DNA of 42,106 nucleotides from a virus: IMG/VR virus record IMGVR_UViG_3300021431_000203, positions 1 to 42,106 of that record; one strand, 5' to 3'. Shown piece by piece: positions 39,042 to 42,106 of this stretch (position 1 is its first letter; each line of letters starts with the position of its first letter). The notes under the pieces were generated by a model. It saw only the letters and a program-made list of their open reading frames with translations, ran no database searches and was not told where the DNA came from. The position numbers and the translations under genes were made by a program.

Positions 39042-40136
39042 TTATTCACCTTTCTTTTTTAAAAGCTCATTAAAAATTGCCATTAATACATTAACTACTA
39101 TCGAATTACCTGCTTGTTTATAAAGTTGGCTGTTACTATTCACTCTACTTGCTTTTTCAAAATCTTCATCATCAAATCCCATAAGTCTCCAACATTCATT
39201 TGGGGTTAATTTACGAATTTTTAATTTTTTTTCTTTTATAAATGGTTGCCTATTACCACCTTGCATTGTATCTAAAGTAGGGCATATCCCTGTATCTGTT
39301 TGTTTTATTTTATTGCTAACTTTTGAAGCATTATATTTACCATATTCTAAATATTCTATTTGGCTATCTTTTAAATAATACTTTTCATCAACACTTTCTT
39401 CTAACATATCTTTAAGTTTTAATTTAAGTTCTTGTTTTGGTGGAAATTCAAAATTTTCAATTACTTTTGGTATATTTCCGCTACCACCTCCTGCTTTTAG
39501 ACTTCTTAATATGCTATTTTTACTATATACATTTTGTTCAAATTGCCAACTTTTACCACTAATACCTTGAAGTGGGTTTATAACTTCACATTCTTGTATA
39601 TTTTCTTTTGGAAATTTATAATTTTCATTTCCTAAAATACTAACGGTAAACACTCTTTCTCTATTTTGTGGTATTCCATAATCTTTTGCATTTAATACTC
39701 GATAATAATTTGCATATCCTAAACTTTCCATTATTTCTAAATAACTATCAAAATTATGCCTGTGCTTCTTGCTTAATAGATTTTTTACATTTTCCCATAT
39801 AACATATTTTGGTTTTAATTTTTCTACTATTCTTATTGTTTCATACATTAGACTTGAACGAGTACCACTGCCTTCATCTCCACCTTCTTGTTTACCCGCT
39901 AACGAAAAGTCTTGGCATGGGCTCCCGTGCATTATCAAATCTACTTTTATATTTTTATTCCAAGTTGTAATGTCTTGTGGTTCAAAATTTGTATTATGTA
40001 TAGCATTAAATGATTTAACTGCATATTTATCTATTTCTACATAATCTACTATTTCATAATCAATTCCTAATTTTTCTAATGCTTTACTACAAGCACCAAT
40101 TCCACCAAATAATTCTAAAACCCTTAATTTATTCAT
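39042..40136 (-). CDS. DNA (cytosine-5)-methyltransferase
   Basis: Motif I LELFGGIGA, motif IV GSPCQDFS, motif VI WENVKNL, motif VIII QNRERVF, motif X QAGNSIVVNV. Confidence 0.92.
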   Translation of the reverse strand: MNKLRVLELFGGIGACSKALEKLGIDYEIVDYVEIDKYAVKSFNAIHNTNFEPQDITTWNKNIKVDLIMHGSPCQDFSLAGKQEGGDEGSGTRSSLMYETIRIVEKLKPKYVIWENVKNLLSKKHRHNFDSYLEIMESLGYANYYRVLNAKDYGIPQNRERVFTVSILGNENYKFPKENIQECEVINPLQGISGKSWQFEQNVYSKNSILRSLKAGGGSGNIPKVIENFEFPPKQELKLKLKDMLEESVDEKYYLKDSQIEYLEYGKYNASKVSNKIKQTDTGICPTLDTMQGGNRQPFIKEKKLKIRKLTPNECWRLMGFDDEDFEKASRVNSNSQLYKQAGNSIVVNVLMAIFNELLKKKGE

Positions 40137-40584
40137 TTTTACCTCCTAATAATTCCAAAATCTTTTTCCCCATATCTTTTTTACTACATATAATAAACCT
40201 AACCCCATATCGTTCACGCATAGTACACATAATTTTTAAAAGGGTCGAGCCTTTTACACGTGTGTGTGGCGAACTCCAATTTTTAATATCTTCGACTGTT
40301 TTGATTTTACTGTCTTGAATTAAAAATATAAAGTTCTTACAGCCTAGATTTTTCGCACGTTCTATTTCACGTTTAATACGGGCATGTTCGAGGGAATTAC
40401 ATAAATTGTGTGATAGTTCAAGTAAACCGTCTTTCTTGTCAATAATGGTCGTATAATCTTTAAATAGCATGTAATCCCCTGCGTCTAGTTTTGAAATTAT
40501 GTAATCTTGCCCTACTTTGTCAAAGTATTCTAATATTTTTTTGTTACCTTTTTCACGAGTGTCAACAATAATTAAATCATTCAT
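40129..40584 (-). CDS. ERCC4-type (XPF/Mus81-like) nuclease, putative junction resolvase
   Basis: IIVDTREK...ISKLDAGDY matches the ERCC4 signature. ATG 40584 after AGGTGA; the track uses GTG 40593. Confidence 0.65.
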   Translation of the reverse strand: MNDLIIVDTREKGNKKILEYFDKVGQDYIISKLDAGDYMLFKDYTTIIDKKDGLLELSHNLCNSLEHARIKREIERAKNLGCKNFIFLIQDSKIKTVEDIKNWSSPHTRVKGSTLLKIMCTMRERYGVRFIICSKKDMGKKILELLGGKNE

Positions 40585-41332
40585 TTGAATCACCTAAATT
40601 ATCGAAATCAGTAAATATACTTGTTTGACCATTTGCAAGTATTCCATTTAAACGATTAACTGCTATTTTATGATATTTTGGGTCTATTTCCATGCCTATA
40701 TATCTTCTTCCTGTTTCTTTACATGCTAAACAAGTTGTTCCACTTCCACAAAAGCAATCTAATACTATGTCATTCGGTTGTGTAGTGTGTTTTATGTGTC
40801 TTTTAACTAATTCAAGTGGCTTAATAGTTGGGTGGTTAAATAAATCCTTATCACTTTTATTTATTGAACTTATATACCATTTGCTTTTTAAATCATATCC
40901 ATCATTTAAAGGTACTCCTTTTTCCCTAAAATATAAACAATATTCAATATCAGGTAAAAATGTATTATTTGTCATAGGTGTTGGATTTGTTTTGTTCCAA
41001 GTTAATATTTCAAACATACAACCTTTATTTACAAAATAATTTAATGTATCTAGTATTTGATCTTTACTACACCATATAAAACAATTAATTTTTTTTAATA
41101 TTCTTATTATTTCATCATATATTGAATAATCAATTCCTTTTGTTATATTTGCTAAATCAATTTGCTTTAATTTTTTTATTCTTGCTGATAAAGGACTTGA
41201 TGAACAACCACCATCAGCAAATAAATATGGTATATCAATATAAACTAAATCAATACTTTTATTAGGTACATTTTTAATTAATTCATAACAATTACCTAAT
41301 TGTATTGTATTTATCATATCTTCAAATTTCAT
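40577..41332 (-). CDS. Beta-class N6-adenine or N4-cytosine DNA methyltransferase (N6_N4_Mtase)
   Basis: Motif IV variant DLVYIDIPY precedes HPTIKPLELV and motif I DCFCGSGTT, which is the beta-class order. Confidence 0.85.
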   Translation of the reverse strand: MKFEDMINTIQLGNCYELIKNVPNKSIDLVYIDIPYLFADGGCSSSPLSARIKKLKQIDLANITKGIDYSIYDEIIRILKKINCFIWCSKDQILDTLNYFVNKGCMFEILTWNKTNPTPMTNNTFLPDIEYCLYFREKGVPLNDGYDLKSKWYISSINKSDKDLFNHPTIKPLELVKRHIKHTTQPNDIVLDCFCGSGTTCLACKETGRRYIGMEIDPKYHKIAVNRLNGILANGQTSIFTDFDNLGDSNE

Positions 41333-41347
41333 CTTACCCCTCCTAAA

Positions 41348-41662
41348 TTATCTTTTATTTTCTTCTTCAATCCTTTTTAATTGTCGTTCAATTTTATATT
41401 TCATTGTTTCTAATACATCTTCATTACTTAAATTATAATATACTTTAAATTGTTCTAACATAACCATTAAATCGGCAAATTCTTCTTGTATATGGTCTTT
41501 ATATTCTTTTACTATATGTTCACATTCTTCATCATTAAAATCCCACCCTGCATTTTCATATTCAAATACTGCCTCCGTAAACTCATACATTTCAGTATAT
41601 AAGTGTTTTAATTGTGGACTTACTCCATAATTATTTATAATTTTTAAAAGTTTTTCTTTCAT
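41348..41662 (-). CDS. mazG: MazG-like nucleotide pyrophosphohydrolase
   Basis: A 104-aa all-alpha protein with EFTEAVFE and IQEEFADLMVML (an EExxD-type metal motif). Confidence 0.7.
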   Translation of the reverse strand: MKEKLLKIINNYGVSPQLKHLYTEMYEFTEAVFEYENAGWDFNDEECEHIVKEYKDHIQEEFADLMVMLEQFKVYYNLSNEDVLETMKYKIERQLKRIEEENKR

Positions 41663-41964
41663 TTATTACCCTCCAATAAATTAAACATCTCAACAGCCTC
41701 ATCTGGCATACTTCCATTTTTAGCAAGTGTTTTAAGATAATAATTTGTTGTTTTGTCTATTCTTGATTTATATCTATTTTGTTCAAATGACTTATTAACA
41801 TACTCTAAATCATCTCTTATTAATTTTTTATTCCAATCTTTTAATTCTTCAATTTCTTCTTTCAAATCATCATATGTTCTTAATCTATCTGCTATTTCAA
41901 CTGCTGTTAAACTTGTCATTATTTCTGTACCATCTACTATTATTGCTCTTACTTTTTTATTCAT
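41659..41964 (-). CDS. Hypothetical protein (101 aa)
   Basis: Track ORF. Its ATG overlaps the stop of the Spo0A-C-like gene as TAATG. Confidence 0.65.
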   Translation of the reverse strand: MNKKVRAIIVDGTEIMTSLTAVEIADRLRTYDDLKEEIEELKDWNKKLIRDDLEYVNKSFEQNRYKSRIDKTTNYYLKTLAKNGSMPDEAVEMFNLLEGNK

Positions 41965-42106
41965 TATTTTCCCTCCTCTGCTCTTATCTTAACTATTGCT
42001 AAAAATTCTTTATTTGTAAAGTTTCTATTATTAAAACATTTACATCCTAGAATTTTCTCAACATCTCTCATAGTTCCAATTACACTAATATAGTGTCTAA
42101 TAGCTC
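41964..42106 (-). CDS. Spo0A C-terminal-domain-like protein, 3' portion (same gene as 1-258; 42012-42106 duplicates 1-95)
   Basis: In frame with 1-258 through the repeat. It ends ...NFTNKEFLAIVKIRAEEGK, with the stop at 41966-41964. Confidence 0.8.
   Translation of the reverse strand, partial: AIRHYISVIGTMRDVEKILGCKCFNNRNFTNKEFLAIVKIRAEEGK
42012..42106. repeat. Terminal direct repeat, copy 2 (identical to 1-95)
   Basis: Exact 95-nt identity with the window start. Confidence 0.95.

Noticed and set aside
620-41992. All plus-strand ORFs in the supplied track (for example 620-808, 2119-2370, 4161-4526, 9961-10248, 11181-11645, 19832-20287, 35038-35472, 40692-41039).
   Set aside because: Each lies entirely antisense to a well-supported minus-strand gene. 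Their translations are F/L/S/I/C-rich low-complexity strings typical of the reverse frame of AT-rich coding DNA. None has a convincing RBS or recognisable motif. The hydrophobic ORF at 9961-10248 is the antisense image of the holin gene.
1-42106. CRISPR arrays, tRNA or tmRNA genes, reverse transcriptase (DGR or retron), integrase with attP, and toxin genes.
   Set aside because: No spaced repeat arrays are present, and no intergenic segment is long or structured enough for a tRNA. No ORF has RT (YxDD) or tyrosine or serine recombinase motifs that I could recognise.

Overview
The window is a complete, circularly closed dsDNA phage genome of about 42,011 bp. Bases 1-95 recur exactly at 42012-42106, and one ORF reads across that junction. 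The genome is very AT-rich, and every credible gene lies on the minus strand; the plus-strand ORFs in the track look like antisense artefacts.

Gene content indicates a siphovirus-type phage (tape measure and major tail protein, no sheath) of a low-GC, spore-forming Firmicute, probably a Clostridium-like host. Supporting clues are an Amidase_2 endolysin with ChW-like repeats, a dockerin-like motif and a Spo0A-C-like protein.

Transcription order, from high to low coordinates:
- DNA modification and nucleases: MazG, beta-class MTase, ERCC4 nuclease, C5-MTase, and two copies of an HNH-plus-small-protein cassette.
- Packaging: HNH, then a PBSX-type TerL and the portal.
- Three fibre-like genes, then the minor capsid protein.
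- An island of about 8.6 kb of non-canonical genes.
- Scaffold, major capsid, connectors, major tail protein, chaperones, tape measure, Dit-like, Tal (S74 C-terminus) and receptor-binding protein.
- Holin and endolysin.
- Early, recombination and replication genes: membrane glucosaminidase, dockerin-like protein, RHH, PD-(D/E)XK::Sak4-like fusion, DUF669, HTH, replisome organizer, DnaB.
- Small ORFs and an orphan Spo0A C-terminal-domain protein.

I found no integrase, CI-type repressor, tRNA, CRISPR array or reverse transcriptase. At least 14 sigma-A-type promoters, mostly with an extended -10 (TGnTATAAT), and about 13 intrinsic terminators can be read directly.

Most interesting observations:
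1. A receiver-less Spo0A DNA-binding domain and an AbrB-type protein, the two DNA-binding folds of the sporulation-entry circuit.
2. The island that splits the head-morphogenesis module. It encodes Q/N-rich, Gly/Cys-rich membrane, C1q/BclA-CTD-like, Tyr/Gly/Arg-rich and GC-rich papain-like proteins plus a GT4 glycosyltransferase.
3. Promoter-proximal terminators that suggest antitermination or attenuation control.
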